Under the pieces are notes generated by a model, which saw only the letters and a list, made by a program, of their open reading frames with translations, had not been told where the DNA came from and ran no database searches. A program made the position numbers and the translations under genes. A stretch of 63,719 bases of DNA, filler included, from Octopus bimaculoides (taxonomy: Eukaryota), in the NCBI RefSeq assembly GCF_001194135.2. It is 8 parts of 6 records of this genome, joined end to end, with 100 filler letters (N's around TTAATTAATTAA, not from the genome) between each part and the next. Parts side by side here need not be neighbours in the genome. Positions count along the whole stretch, not along the records: positions 1 to 20,040 come from NC_068982.1; 7 more parts are not named here. One strand, given 5' to 3'. Below, one piece after another: positions 1 through 11,995 of the stretch (within the stretch, counting starts at the first letter, position 1; the number at the start of each line of letters is the position of its first letter).

Positions 1-22
1 TTTTTTCATTTTAAATTTGCTT

Positions 23-72
23 TAACCCTAACCCTAACCCTAGGGTTAGGGTTAGGGTTAGGGTTAGGGTTA
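23..72. repeat. Short interstitial telomere-like palindrome (TAACCC)3-TA-(GGGTTA)5
   Basis: taaccctaaccctaaccc|tagggttagggttagggttagggttagggtta, centred on CCCTAGGG; adjoins the repeat family at ~90-330. Confidence 0.9.
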
Positions 73-89
73 ATTGTTTCAGAATCGTT

Positions 90-330
90 TGTTTATGTAG
101 TCGGCACTTAATGTATATCGGCTGAATGGACGTCAGTGATTGGTTGAAATTACAGAAATACGACAACTTTAACATGGAAAAACTTATGGATTTCTTTTTT
201 TTTTTAAGAAGACTAAGAGAAAAAGATGTTTTATATGACACATTCTACCAGTGTTCCAAGTTTCAAAGTGTTTCGTTAATGAAAAATGTGGCCCCCGTTT
301 TAAAAAAGATCCTCGTTTATTCTTAAAACT
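90..330 (+). mobile_element. Non-autonomous interspersed repeat (MITE-like), copy 1 of 3 in window
   Basis: gacgtcagtgattggttgaaatt...aagtttcaaagtgtttcg shared with ~10010-10200 (+) and ~43500-43800 (-). Superfamily not determined. Confidence 0.7.
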
Positions 331-1254
331 GCAATAAAATCGTGCAATATCATGTATAATGGTAATATATGATACTATACGTGATATATTACTAAGGCAT
401 AGGCAAATGACGCTAGTTATGATTAGAAGTGGATATTTATGATTCCGTTACTATATTTGTGATTAAAAGAGGTGAGTCAGAAGAGCACTTGATCATATCT
501 ATTATTGAATATGCTTTAATTTCTAAATATTCTGAGTTCAAATCTCATGGAAACCAATTTCACTGTACATCTCTTTGGGACCGATAAAACAGACAGGAGT
601 TTATTCAGTCGAATATGACTTCTACGATATCACTTTAGAAAATTATGTCTTCTGTTTTGAAGGAGAAACTTATTGTACTTAATAATATAATGAGCTTATG
701 TATTAAGTATTCAGGTGCATTACAGCTTGTCAGAATAAGGTATAAGAGGGGGACAGAAAGCAGACATACAAGTCAAGTAAAGAAAGACAGCAATAGGAGC
801 TAGAAGCACATACATATTACATAGGATAAAAAACAGAAAAGTGAACATTAAAAGAGCCACAAAGAGGAAAGGGTGCAAAGGTCTATCAGGAGAAATGTTG
901 GTGAATTTCAGGAAGCATGGAAATTTTGGTGGATGCAGTGTTCTGACAGCTAACAGTCAATATGGGAAGTTTATTCTATGCTTCAACAATTCAGAGCGTG
1001 GAAAAATGTTTTCGAAAGTCAAGGATGCTGCGATTTAAAAAAAAAAAAATTATGAGTGGTAGAGGTACTGAATTTAAAAAGTTAGTCACAGTTGTGGTTG
1101 GAAAGGTGGATAATATTGTGGGGTGCCTACCAGGTCAGCTGTTAAATATCGAAACTTTAGTGTGTCATTATAACTGTTGGATCAGTTACATTAGGGATAG
1201 AATTATCGCAATGTTTGTAGACATAAGAGTGTGACCATATAATTATAGCAAGAA

Positions 1255-1703
1255 ATTGATTTCAAATTCAGGCTCAAGGCCAGCGATTTTGGGAGAGGGA
1301 AAGTCAATTACACCAACCCCACTGCTCAACTGGTACTTATTTTATCAACCCCGAAAGAATGAAAGCAAAGTCGGCCTCGGTGGAATTAGTATTCAGGACG
1401 TAAAGACGGATGAAACGCCGCTAAGCATTTTGTCTGGCGTACTGACGATTCTGCAAGCTCACCGCCTTACTTATAGCAATATATTAGTTTCAAACTTTGG
1501 CACAAAGCCAGCAACTTCGGGTGAGAGGGTTAGTTGATTCCATCGACCTTAGTGTTCAACTGGTACTTATTTTATCGACCCCGATAGGAAGAAAGGCAAA
1601 GTCGATCTTGGCGGAATTTGAACTCAGAACATGAAGACGAACGAAATGCCGCTAAGCATTTTAGCCGGTTTGCTAGCGATTTTGCCACTTCGTCGCCCCC
1701 TTA
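1255..1703 (-). mobile_element. Two tandem tRNA-derived SINEs, family A (Meta-SINE-like core)
   Basis: Reverse complement of ggcg-gagctggcagaatcgttagc...gttcaaattccgccgaggtcgactttgcctttcatcctttcggggtcgataaaataagtaccag; A/B-box-like head present. The Meta-SINE label is from memory of the core motif. Confidence 0.85.
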
Positions 1704-3739
1704 GTTATAGCAACATATTAAAATATGATTTTACAAGATTATATGCAATAACTTACAGTGTCACTATAAAATATATGGCAGAAAATAGGTAAAGTAATAT
1801 AACGACTCGGACAGATGTCGCGAACCAGGGAAATTACCCCAAGTGGGATATAAATGAAATTCTTGGGGGTAATGAGGACTCATTAGGCATAAGTAAAATT
1901 ATATAAAAAAAACGTGTTCCTTGTTACGACAGGAATTTTTCTCCTGGTACTGCTGCATCTGTCCAATGTAATAAACGTGTAAATAGATTCATACAAGAAA
2001 ATAGATTCAATAAACCTTTTAAATTCAAACTATCTATGATTTTCTTCCTTTCAAATCAAGGAGGTAACGTCGGCGTAAATATATATATTGTGAGGTAATT
2101 GGTTAAAAAAGTTTCCCGGCCCCTGGATTAGAAGATGTACATCACGTTTTACTCGTGAGATGTCAAGCAGTCGACACGGTTGATTAAAACTGAAGAATCT
2201 TTAGATATACTCACCGACCAGTTCCTGGTTTGCGCCTGACTTGAGCAGATGCAGATGTAAGAAGGAAGAAAATAAAACAAACAGATAGAAGTAACATCGT
2301 TGTTTTCTTGATTGTGCAACAGTAAACTTTTCTTCAGATAGATGACAAGAATACTCTTGTAGTACTAGACGTGAACTATGTTGGCCAGTGGTGCTACTTG
2401 TAGCAATTTTGCAGTTGAAGATGAAAAGAATAATATGTCCAATAAATTTTGAACATGTGTGGGCAAAGGAAATGGTCGATAACCGAGAGTGCCACCACCC
2501 TGCCTACTGCATGCGGAAATACTAAAATGCCAGTGGACGGCTATAACACCTCTGCACACTCCTCAACCAAATGAAACGAGTTGTTTGTTTTGTGGTATTC
2601 AGCAAGCAGATGGATTTAACAATTATGTCAAATACGTGCAGCTTACCAAACGAAAGACACACACAACTTTCACATTATTATTATTTTTTTTTTAACGAAA
2701 AGAAAATTAACTTTTTATGTATGTATATATTTTGTTTTTATTGCAGGTCGAATGTCAACAATGTACAAAGGTACAGATAAAACGACTGTTTACTCAAACT
2801 ATTTGTTATTTTTTCAAATCTTTTGTAAGATTCACGTCTAAATAATACTACGCTGTGCCACGCTGATTCCTTCCTGCTTTCTTTTGTTTGGTGGATTTAT
2901 AAAAAGTAAACAATTTGTCGAAGACAGTTTCCTCGACAGCTGGTTTACTCCACAAGATTCGTAACTGCTTAAATAAAGACTTAAAGCCTCGTCATCCAAA
3001 AGTAAGGCTGAAGGCCGTGCATTTGTCATCATAGGTTCCAGCACGTCTTACCTGAAGTCATACGATTGTACAGCTAGGCCTGTATTTAAAGAGACACATA
3101 TTAAAAGTACACTTTCAAAGTAGATTTATTTAGAAACTCTTTTATTACTACTCCAGCAAGTATGGTAATCTTTATGCTTCGTTGCTGAGGTCTAATGAGA
3201 CCGAAACATGTCCTCACTTCTCTCCCATACTTGCCAAATCATGAAAATAATTTTAATCATTATGCTAACTGTTTCTAATCGGATTTTCAATGTTCACTTT
3301 ATTAAATATAGTAACTCTAACTTCAAATTACAAATAAAAGCCATATGTTGTAGTGTACCTAAGAACTGTATACAATATGCTCGTCGTTTTTAATGCATTG
3401 TTACATGCATTTTCAATTTAAAGAAGTTCGATTCTATCGTATATCGTATCTTCACCATCAACCATCTTTCTTCTTATCAAATATGTAATTATGACTGTTC
3501 GTATTTCCATCTAACTTCCCATTCGTTAACCTTTTAATCTCTAAAACAGTTCATCACTAAATACATTCGAATAACCAAGCATCTATTTAACCTGGAACTG
3601 CCAGATAGACTGAGGAAATAGTCAATCTGATAGGCCGTGAAGCCATTGTTTGTGTCTAATGTGATCAGAGTCTTTTTCTGAAGTGGCGTGTTTAACCTGG
3701 GTATTCGCTATCGCCAATTGGTTCGTTGCAGCAAATGTT

Positions 3740-4560
3740 TGATCAACATTGCAGTCAAAACATTTACTATCATTCTAAAAGAATTTTAATACCAGTGTGG
3801 TCAACGCTCACAACAAATTCAGTGTAGTTTTCGTCAGGGCTGAAGCTATACAAATCAAATTTTCACGATGAGAGGGGTTTTGAACAACGTCAGAGCTACT
3901 AACTGCAAACCAACACTTGCACTGTGGACTTTGCAACAGCCTTTGATTCTGTCGATTGCAATGCATTCCGGGATATCATGATTACAAATGGTTTACCTGT
4001 GAAGCTAATTCTAGAATATATCAGAATTCTACGTGAGTAAAGGTATGTTGTTACAACGAGGAATTTGACCCGGTCGAAATTTATTTGGGTGTTCTATCTC
4101 AAATGTTCTTCAAATATGTCATCGACAAGATTGCAGAGTGTGCTCAGGCTCAAGTGGATTTTCTGGTTGCTATTATGAGACGAGACTTCACCCACTCTGA
4201 TCCCAACTATACTGATATCCAGTCAGAAACTTAAAACTTCAGTGTGTGCGTGTCATATGTCAGCAGGAAAAAAAAAAAAAAGATCAGTGTAGCCAAGAGA
4301 AAGAGTGTATTCGTTGGCATCTCGCTCGCTGAAAGGGTCTACCGTCATAGGCAATGGTGAGATTCTAAAAGAGGTCGATCCATTCAAGAACACTGATGCT
4401 GGCTTTACTGTTAGACCAGGGTAAAAGTGGGCTAAATGTAAGCATCAATCATGCATGTAGGGTATTTTGTTGTCTTGAAACCTGGATTGATCTAGCTCGG
4501 AAAACACGTGACCACAACAACTCGCATTTAGTGAGACTTCATTCAGACCATCCTGCTGCA
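3740..4560 (+). mobile_element. Decayed RTE-like LINE reverse transcriptase fragment
   Basis: Frameshifted translations recover QxxFRQG.S..QIF..R, VDFA.AFDSVD and EVDPFK.. motifs typical of non-LTR RT. Confidence 0.7.
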
Positions 4561-4612
4561 AGGTGGTGCGACATGAACAATAACAGCGGTAGTCTTGCGC
4601 AAGTTGGACGTA

Positions 4613-4839
4613 TTAAACCTCTCAGCATTCAGATTACTGTCAAATATAATGCTTATTTATTCACATCATTTTGAATTAATCATGGATTATCTTGTAACTT
4701 TGAGATTTCAACAATGAGATTGTTTAATTTTAAAATGACATTGTAGGGTAGGTGTAAGAAGCCAGATCTGGCTGGTGTGAGCATAAAGCAAGCAGAATAT
4801 TTGAGCCCGATATAGTTGGTTTAAACACTAATGAGTTAA
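4613..4839. mobile_element. TTAA-flanked piggyBac-like MITE
   Basis: Begins ttaaacctctcagcatt and ends aacactaatgagttaa: degenerate terminal inverted repeats between TTAA sites. Confidence 0.55.
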
Positions 4840-6459
4840 TCACTTTTGCCTTCGCAGAATCTTCCCTGTTTACATTTTGGATTTTGAGTCCAACTCCAAG
4901 GTTCCTCGTCGTTACCGGATTGCTTTCCTTAAATAACTCTTGCTCAAAGCTTAGGAACACAAGGAAATTGCCTGGTGGCTGTGGTGGGATAGGAGCTCAA
5001 ATGCCTAGGAGCCCGATTCTGATCTTTGTAACATGTTGTCAATAAATACTGTAAGTTGCAGTGTACTGATTTTCCCTGGGGCCTATGATGATGCGAATAC
5101 GGCCTTGGGCTTGTCAGTATTCTTTTCTACAAGTATTCTTTTTCTATAATTCTTTGATCAGAATTCAGCCACTGAGAACACAGAACTTTATACCACTAGA
5201 TGGCAGATCAAAAAATATCAATCAACACCGTTCAGTCAAAAATTAAGTTACAACGGTCGACATGACTCATCAGCGTTATCTACCTTTTTGTCACAAGGTG
5301 ATGTCATACTGGTCAAACACTACCGATCCAAAGTTTTCAGCAAAAATATTGTCATTTTAATAAACAGGGTTAAGACGTGTGTATCAATGACGTTAACAGA
5401 AAATATGATACATTCACATATATTGAGAGCGTACAAGAGGGAGAAAGAGGGAGAGAGAGAGAGAGAGGAAGGGAGAGGGAGAGAGAATGGGTGATTGGTC
5501 TGAGAAGTCGTCATATTTTATACCATCAGTTGCTGGTTGTCCTTGGATGCCTTTAACAGAGCTCCCTCGTGGGTCTTTGAATTCCTCTCCGCCTACGTTT
5601 TTCCTGAATATATTCAGTTTGGATATTAGCCACATCAATTTCACCAACTTGAGAGGTACTGCAGCAGTCGTGTCAAACTTGCGATCTACGGAGCCATGTA
5701 TAGTCTGGCTCTCGACTCAATTTTATAAAAAAATTACTATTCCTATTTTTGGAATTTTAAAATATTCCGTCCAGAGTTGGGAATCTGAACAGAATCGTGA
5801 TTAACACCGGTTCTGTTTAGTAAAATCAATGCATTTTAAGGAATTTTTTGTTATCTCAACCATTGAAAAAATGAAATTTATGAATCTATACACTGAAGAC
5901 GTGACTTACTTTCCCTTCACTTTGTCTATACATGCCAAGTCAAACGCAAGTTTCTTTGCGTTTCAGATTTACGCACGTGAATGGATTGTAATATGAGTGA
6001 CATTGAAAGTTTTGCATCTGAAACAGTGCAAGTTTTTATTATTATTATTATTATCAAATATTGATCTTCTCATGAATTGTATGTATTCGGATAATTTCTA
6101 AGTGTTCTTCCTTCCAAGAACACTTAACAGGACTGTTTAAAACATGGACAGTAAATAATGATGATGGTGATGATGATTATAAGATCATTTTATTGTCAAC
6201 AACACAAATTACAACAACGCTTTATCTTCTTAGTCAGATGAAAGGTAAAGGATCGCACCATTAGATTCGTCACTCCTGACGGCAACTAAACTTACCAAAC
6301 TCTTTTTTGAATTCCCTTTATGGACTCACCAGCAACTATTTTCTCGAATTCCGAATTTTACATTGAGGATTAGATTTATTGTTACACAACAATCAAGATA
6401 TCACTGCTAGGTTCAAGTCCTACTTAGGCAATGTCAGCCAACAAAGTAACGATGATATA

Positions 6460-6677
6460 TTGATTTCAAATTTTGGCACAAAACCAGCAATTTCGGGGGC
6501 GGGGATAAATCAATTACATCGACCAAGTGTTTAACTGGTACTTATTTTACCGACCCCGAAAGGATGAAAGGCAAGATCAACCTCGGCGGCATTTGAAATC
6601 AGAACGTAAAGATGGACGAAATGCCGCTAAGCATTTTGCCCAGCGTGCAAAACGATTCTGCCAGCTCACCGCCTTAA
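6460..6677 (-). mobile_element. Family A SINE
   Basis: Full head plus core in reverse orientation, CpGs retained. Confidence 0.85.
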
Positions 6678-7410
6678 GTAACGATAATGTATTGGTATAA
6701 CACTTTATTCTAGCTTTTATTTGTTTCAGTCATTAGGCTGCAGCTATGCTGGGGTACCGCCTTGGCAAGTTTTTAGTCGAATGCATCAATCCCAGTACTT
6801 ATTTTTAAAAAGCATGGTATTTGTTCTATCGGTTTCTTTTGCCGAACCGCTTGGTTACGGGGACGTAAACACACCAGCACCGGTTGTCAAGCGGTGGTGG
6901 TTTGGACAAACATAGACACAAATACACACACATACATTTACTCGGATGAATTCCCATAGCCAATTAATGTTTAAACAATGCTATATTTTTATGATTAAAT
7001 ATTATTATGAATTGTATATATAAAGAAATAGGTTGTTAGAATATTTTATGTATAGTAGCAGTATAAGCAATTTATTGCACATAAATTTTAACAACGAAAT
7101 CTTACATGAAATCCCAAGGGTTATATGGACCTCGGTTGAGAACAACTGTTTTCGACCGACACTCCAGAACACTACTACAACGAAATATATCCCTACTACA
7201 ACTACCCCAGAATATTAGAGTGCTTCTACGTGGTCGCTTGACTTCTCAGAAAAGACAGCTTAATTTCTCTCAAATGACACTGTACAGTCTTAACTAAGGG
7301 AAGGACTTGTTGGATAATGCAGTTGTAGTAGATGCATTCTAAAAAAGACGGGACGGTCATGGTTGGAACTGTGATTATAGGTCTGCTCAATCAAGGCAGG
7401 CCTTGATTAT

Positions 7411-8130
7411 TTACAGCAATTTAATGATATCTTGCATATTAGAAATGACTGAATCTTCAGAAACCTCATCAGGTAGTGGAATGTCTGGATTGTTCTGGAA
7501 AAAGATTGGTCTGAGCCCAGCATTTTTAGCCCCTAGGTAATCGTTTGTAAGATCGTCACCTACATGAATAGTTTCCTCAGCTTTCGTATTACCAAGATGT
7601 AAAGCTTTTTTAAAAATGTCAGCGTCGGGTTTAGCTACTTTTTCTACCGAAGAACAAAGAATAAAGTTAAAATAATTTGCTATACCAAGATCAGTTAGAA
7701 TATTCGGAAGGCGATTGTCGAAATTGGAAACTATGCCAAGCTGCAAACCTTTATCTTTCAAGAGTGCCAGGCCTTCTTCAGAACCTGGAATCACTTCCCA
7801 TCCTCGGTTCGAAGCAAAAAATGTGTAGAGATCATTAGCAACTTTAGACAACACGTCTGGATCAATACTCTGCTTATCACACACTGACAGTAAGCTACTT
7901 TTCATAACATCAGTCCACCATTTCTGAGAAGTTAGGCCCTGGTTGACGCCATAGTTAGGATAATCTTTATTCATCTGTTTCCATGCGGTTTTGAATGCTT
8001 TGTTAACTTCATCTGTATTGGCATATATGCCGTGTTGGTTTGCAACACGGCCATATTGTAATCCGACACTGCCCATCACACGAATCAATGTATTTGTAGC
8101 GTCGAACGTTACCAGTTTATACAAAGACAT
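7411..8130 (-). CDS. HDHD3: Haloacid dehalogenase-like hydrolase, HDHD3/Reg-2-like; 239 aa, single coding exon
   Basis: MSLYKLVTFDATNTL (HAD motif I variant), VSNFD (motif II), K.PDADIF (III), HVGDD..DYLGAKNAGL (IV). ATG at 8128-8130 directly follows a polypyrimidine tract + TTGCAG acceptor, so the 25 extra N-terminal residues of the listed ORF are intronic. Stop TAA at 7411-7413; AATAAA candidate at 7071-7076. Confidence 0.88.
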   Translation of the reverse strand: MSLYKLVTFDATNTLIRVMGSVGLQYGRVANQHGIYANTDEVNKAFKTAWKQMNKDYPNYGVNQGLTSQKWWTDVMKSSLLSVCDKQSIDPDVLSKVANDLYTFFASNRGWEVIPGSEEGLALLKDKGLQLGIVSNFDNRLPNILTDLGIANYFNFILCSSVEKVAKPDADIFKKALHLGNTKAEETIHVGDDLTNDYLGAKNAGLRPIFFQNNPDIPLPDEVSEDSVISNMQDIIKLL

Positions 8131-10554
8131 CTGCAATCGGAAAAGAAAAAGAAAGTCCAGAATTAATACAATTAAACATTCATATAGATAATATACAATT
8201 GACACGATATTCCATATAACTAGTTGATGTTATCTGAGAACTCTCGGTACCACTCGTTCGTACAGAGAAAAAGATATAAAGGAGATATTTTCTCAAAAGC
8301 TAAATCAAGTAAAGTGATATGTTCCGATGAATAAATAATAACAGTTTCTGATTTAGGCATAAGGATAGTAATTTGGAGGGGAAAAGAATTTCATCATTAC
8401 CATCGATATCATGTATTTAACAGGTAGTTTATTCGATCGCCTCCGAAAGAATGAAAGCTAAACTTGACATCGGCGAGATTTGAATTCAGAATGTAAAGGC
8501 CTGGAAGAAATACCCCAAGGCATTTTGTTCGACGTTCGTCGCTTAACCCATAGAGCGCTGGGATTTTTCACTCACATAGCATGGGCTGCTGAGCATATTT
8601 TATGAAAATGAGACTACCATGCACACATAAAAACCAAAAAAATAGTTAAAATATCTTCTTTGTATATAATGGTGGCAAGTTTTACATCGTCTGAAAATTC
8701 ATTAGTTGAGCTATTAGTCCTCTTGCATTCTGGTGGATATCGGAGCGTTTGAGTAACATTAGACCCTAACAAACGTCCATAAATTAAATACATCTATCTG
8801 GGCCATGATCGTGGTCTATCGACCTGTGCCTGGCGGCTACGATCGTGGCCCGTCGCGCTTTATGTGTTAAATAATATTTGCTTCTAATTTAGGTACAAGA
8901 CCAGAGTTTGAAAGAGGTTTGTCAATACCATAGAACTCAATACTTGAACAGTATTTTTATATTATCGATCCCGGTGGGATGAAAGGCAAAGCTGATCCCG
9001 GTGGGATGAAAGGCAAAGCTGACCTCGGCGGAATTTGATCTTAGAACGTAAAGAGCTAGAAAAATATCACATGGCATTTTGTGATTTTGGCACAAGACCA
9101 GTAGATTTTAGAGAAAGGGTTTTGTCAATCGACTCTTGAATTTGACTAGTACTTTGTTTTATCGACCCCAGAAGGACGAAAGCAAAGTTGACTTCGACAG
9201 GATTTTAACCCAGAACGTATAAGCTTGTATAGGCTGGGGGCAGGAGATGTGTGGNNNNNNNNNNNNNNNNNNNNNNNNNNNNNNNNNNNNNNNNNNNNNN
9301 NNNNNNNNNNNNNNNNNNNNNNNNNNNNNNNNNNNNNNNNNNNNNNNNNNNNNNNNNNNNNNNNNNNNNNNNNNNNNNNNNNNNNNNNNNNNNNNNNNNN
9401 NNNNNNNNNNNNNNNNNNNNNNNNNNNNNNNNNNNNNNNNNNNNNNNNNNNNNNNNNNNNNNNNNNNNNNNNNNNNNNNNNNNNNNNNNNNNNNNNNNNN
9501 NNNNNNNNNNNNNNNNNNNNNNNNNNNNNNNNNNNNNNNNNNNNNNNNNNNNNNNNNNNNNNNNNNNNNNNNNNNNNNNNNNNNNNNNNNNNNNNNNNNN
9601 NNNNNNNNNNNNNNNNNNNNNNNNNNNNNNNNNNNNNNNNNNNNNNNNNNNNNNNNNNNNNNNNNNNNNNNNNNNNNNNNNNNNNNNNNNNNNNNNNNNN
9701 NNNNNNNNNNNNNNNNNNNNNNNNNNNNNNNNNNNNNNNNNNNNNNNNNNNNNNNNNNNNNNNNNNNNNNNNNNNNNNNNNNNNNNNNNNNNNNNNNNNN
9801 NNNNNNNNNNNNNNNNNNNNNNNNNNNNNNNNNNNNNNNNNNNNNNNNNNNNNAAGCACTTGGTGGAGGTGCATTAATAATTCTGCCAGCTCCAATAACA
9901 AGTGCAGGCAATATTCAAGTATTTTGATGGCTTTTTCCCCTTTGTTTACGAACAGTCTAGTTAATCGGAAATGTCAGAACTAACGGGGATTAATACCATA
10001 TACACCGTCACAGCAGTAACTGTATTCAACTGAATAGACGTCAGTGATTAGTTGAAATTATCGAAATAAGACAATTTTTAACGTGAAATAACTTCGAATA
10101 CAAAATTTTTTATCTGTTCTATACCACAAAATATACAAGTATACGAAGTTTGAAAGTGTTTCGGTACCAAAAACACTACATAAAAAAATGTTGCCCGTCA
10201 AATCATAAAGGTCCCTCAAGGGCCACCCCACTGTACCTCCTGGCCCTTTGGTATCTTTAGCAGAGCCCACTCTGTTGCAAGTACTCGAGCCTGGTCTGAG
10301 ATTAGCTCGTTATCTTGACGTGCTATTTCCCACTGCAGCAACCGATGACTCAGGGTTTTTCTCCTCTTTTTCAATCATCAGTCACGAAGATACTGATAAA
10401 CGTGGTGGGCATTGCACCTCTCTTGCCCTTAAGTTATTAAGTCATAAAAATATACATAAGCAACTGCTTTAAGTAAGAAAAAAAGAAACCCTCACTGCTA
10501 AATAAAAGTTTCTGAACGACTGTAATAATTATTAATAGTTTCTTTCTACTGTAA

Positions 10555-10975
10555 GACAGAAGGCTTGAAATTTTGGAGGAGGGGGCTAGAAGATTTCATT
10601 GACTGGAATTTATTTTATCGACCCCGAAAGATGAAAGGTGCAATCAACCTCGGCAGAATTTGAATTCATAACATAAAGCCGGAAAAATGTCGCTAAGCAT
10701 TTTGTCCGGTGTGCTAATTCTGTCAGCTCACCGGCTAAATCATTGGTTTCAAATTTCAGCACAAGACCAGCAATGTCGGAGCGGGAAGTGGTGGTGGGGG
10801 ATTGAAGTCGATTACATCGATCCCAGTACTCAACTAGCACTTATTTTATCGACTCCTAAAGGATGAATGGCCAAGTCGACCTCGGCAGAAATTGAAATCA
10901 GAACGTAAAGACGGACAAAATTCCGCTAAGCATTTTGCCCGGCGTGCTAACGATTCTGCAAGCTCACCGCCTTAA
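10555..10975 (-). mobile_element. Two tandem family A SINEs
   Basis: Two consecutive reverse copies of the core and head. Confidence 0.85.
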
Positions 10976-11387
10976 CCATCTTAATCATTGATAATAAGGG
11001 CCTCCAACTAAAGGAAGAAGTCCAGAATTTTCTGGTTGCGGTAGTGGTAGTGGAATAGGCTTAGTCGTTTACATCGACTCAAGTACTTGGCTGGTATTTT
11101 ATGGATGAAAGGCAATATCTACTTCGATGGAAATCGAACTCACAACGAAAAGGAATGTATCTAAATTATAAAGTTACTATAAATGATCAGATTTATAAAC
11201 GATACAAAAGAAGATAACACGACATTCACACATTTCTTGATAACATCAACGACATAGGATAAATATGTTGCATTCAAGAATTGAAACTGGATAGCGACAT
11301 CGAAAAGAAACAATCACTGAGTTCTTTTGGTTAGGTATTTAAGCCAAGAAAAGGGTTATTCATTGATCATCGAATCAACACTACCAT

Positions 11388-11610
11388 AAGGCGGCGAGCT
11401 GGCAGAAACGTTAGCACGTCGGGCGAAATGCTTAGCGGTATTTCGTCTGCTGCTACGTTCTGAGTTCAAATTCCGCCGAGGTCGACTTAGCCTTTCATCC
11501 ATTCGGAGTCGATTAAATAAGTACCAGTTACGCACTGGGGTCGATGTAATTGACTTAATCCGTTTGTCCCCTCTATGTTTAGCCCCTTGTGGGCAATAAA
11601 AATAAGAATC
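11388..11610 (+). mobile_element. Near-consensus (young) full-length family A SINE
   Basis: ggcggcgagctggcagaaacgttagcacgtcgggcgaaatgcttagcggt...gttcaaattccgccgaggtcgac...; all CpGs intact. Confidence 0.9.
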
Positions 11611-11846
11611 AACACTACCATATTGCTGCTACTGAAGCCAACAGTGATGCAATTTGAACTCGAAATATAACAATAAGCGACTAAGCACTGTACGACATTG
11701 TGACTGGGTGACTTAAACATGCCCATTACCCCCAGTTAAGCCAATCCCTAAAATGTTGACATAAACATATAGAGACAAGTTCAGTGTTTAGTCTTGGTAA
11801 GCCACTATCGATGATATTCCAAGTAACAAGAGTTGTGTTATTTCCA

Positions 11847-11892
<46 letters not shown>

Positions 11893-11904
11893 GTTATGAA
11901 GAGG

Positions 11905-11995
11905 GGTGACAGTAACATCGAAGTTTTAGCCTGCTAGCTTTTGTCCGATAGTCCGACGAAGGCAAGTAGTTCGAAACTTCGTAGTCACTGTCAAC
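11905..11995 (+). ncRNA. Candidate pre-miRNA-like or structured-RNA hairpin (41-bp stem, 9-nt loop)
   Basis: Manual pairing: 34 of 41 positions pair with no bulges, including 5 G-U pairs on the + strand. No expression evidence. Confidence 0.35.

Noticed and set aside
8966-9019. 27-bp tandem duplication gatcccggtgggatgaaaggcaaagct
   Set aside because: Local slippage inside a SINE core; no wider significance.
9146-9983. Long ORFs spanning N runs (also 26.6-27.4, 31.2-31.7, 49.0-49.5 and 55.5-56.5 kb)
   Set aside because: Open only because X codons hide stops.
10248-10472. GC-rich segment with short open frames on both strands
   Set aside because: No recognisable domain and splice signals are incomplete; probably a retroelement remnant.
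11388-11480. tRNA-like A/B boxes here and in other SINE heads
   Set aside because: No cloverleaf; they continue into SINE bodies, so they are not tRNA genes.
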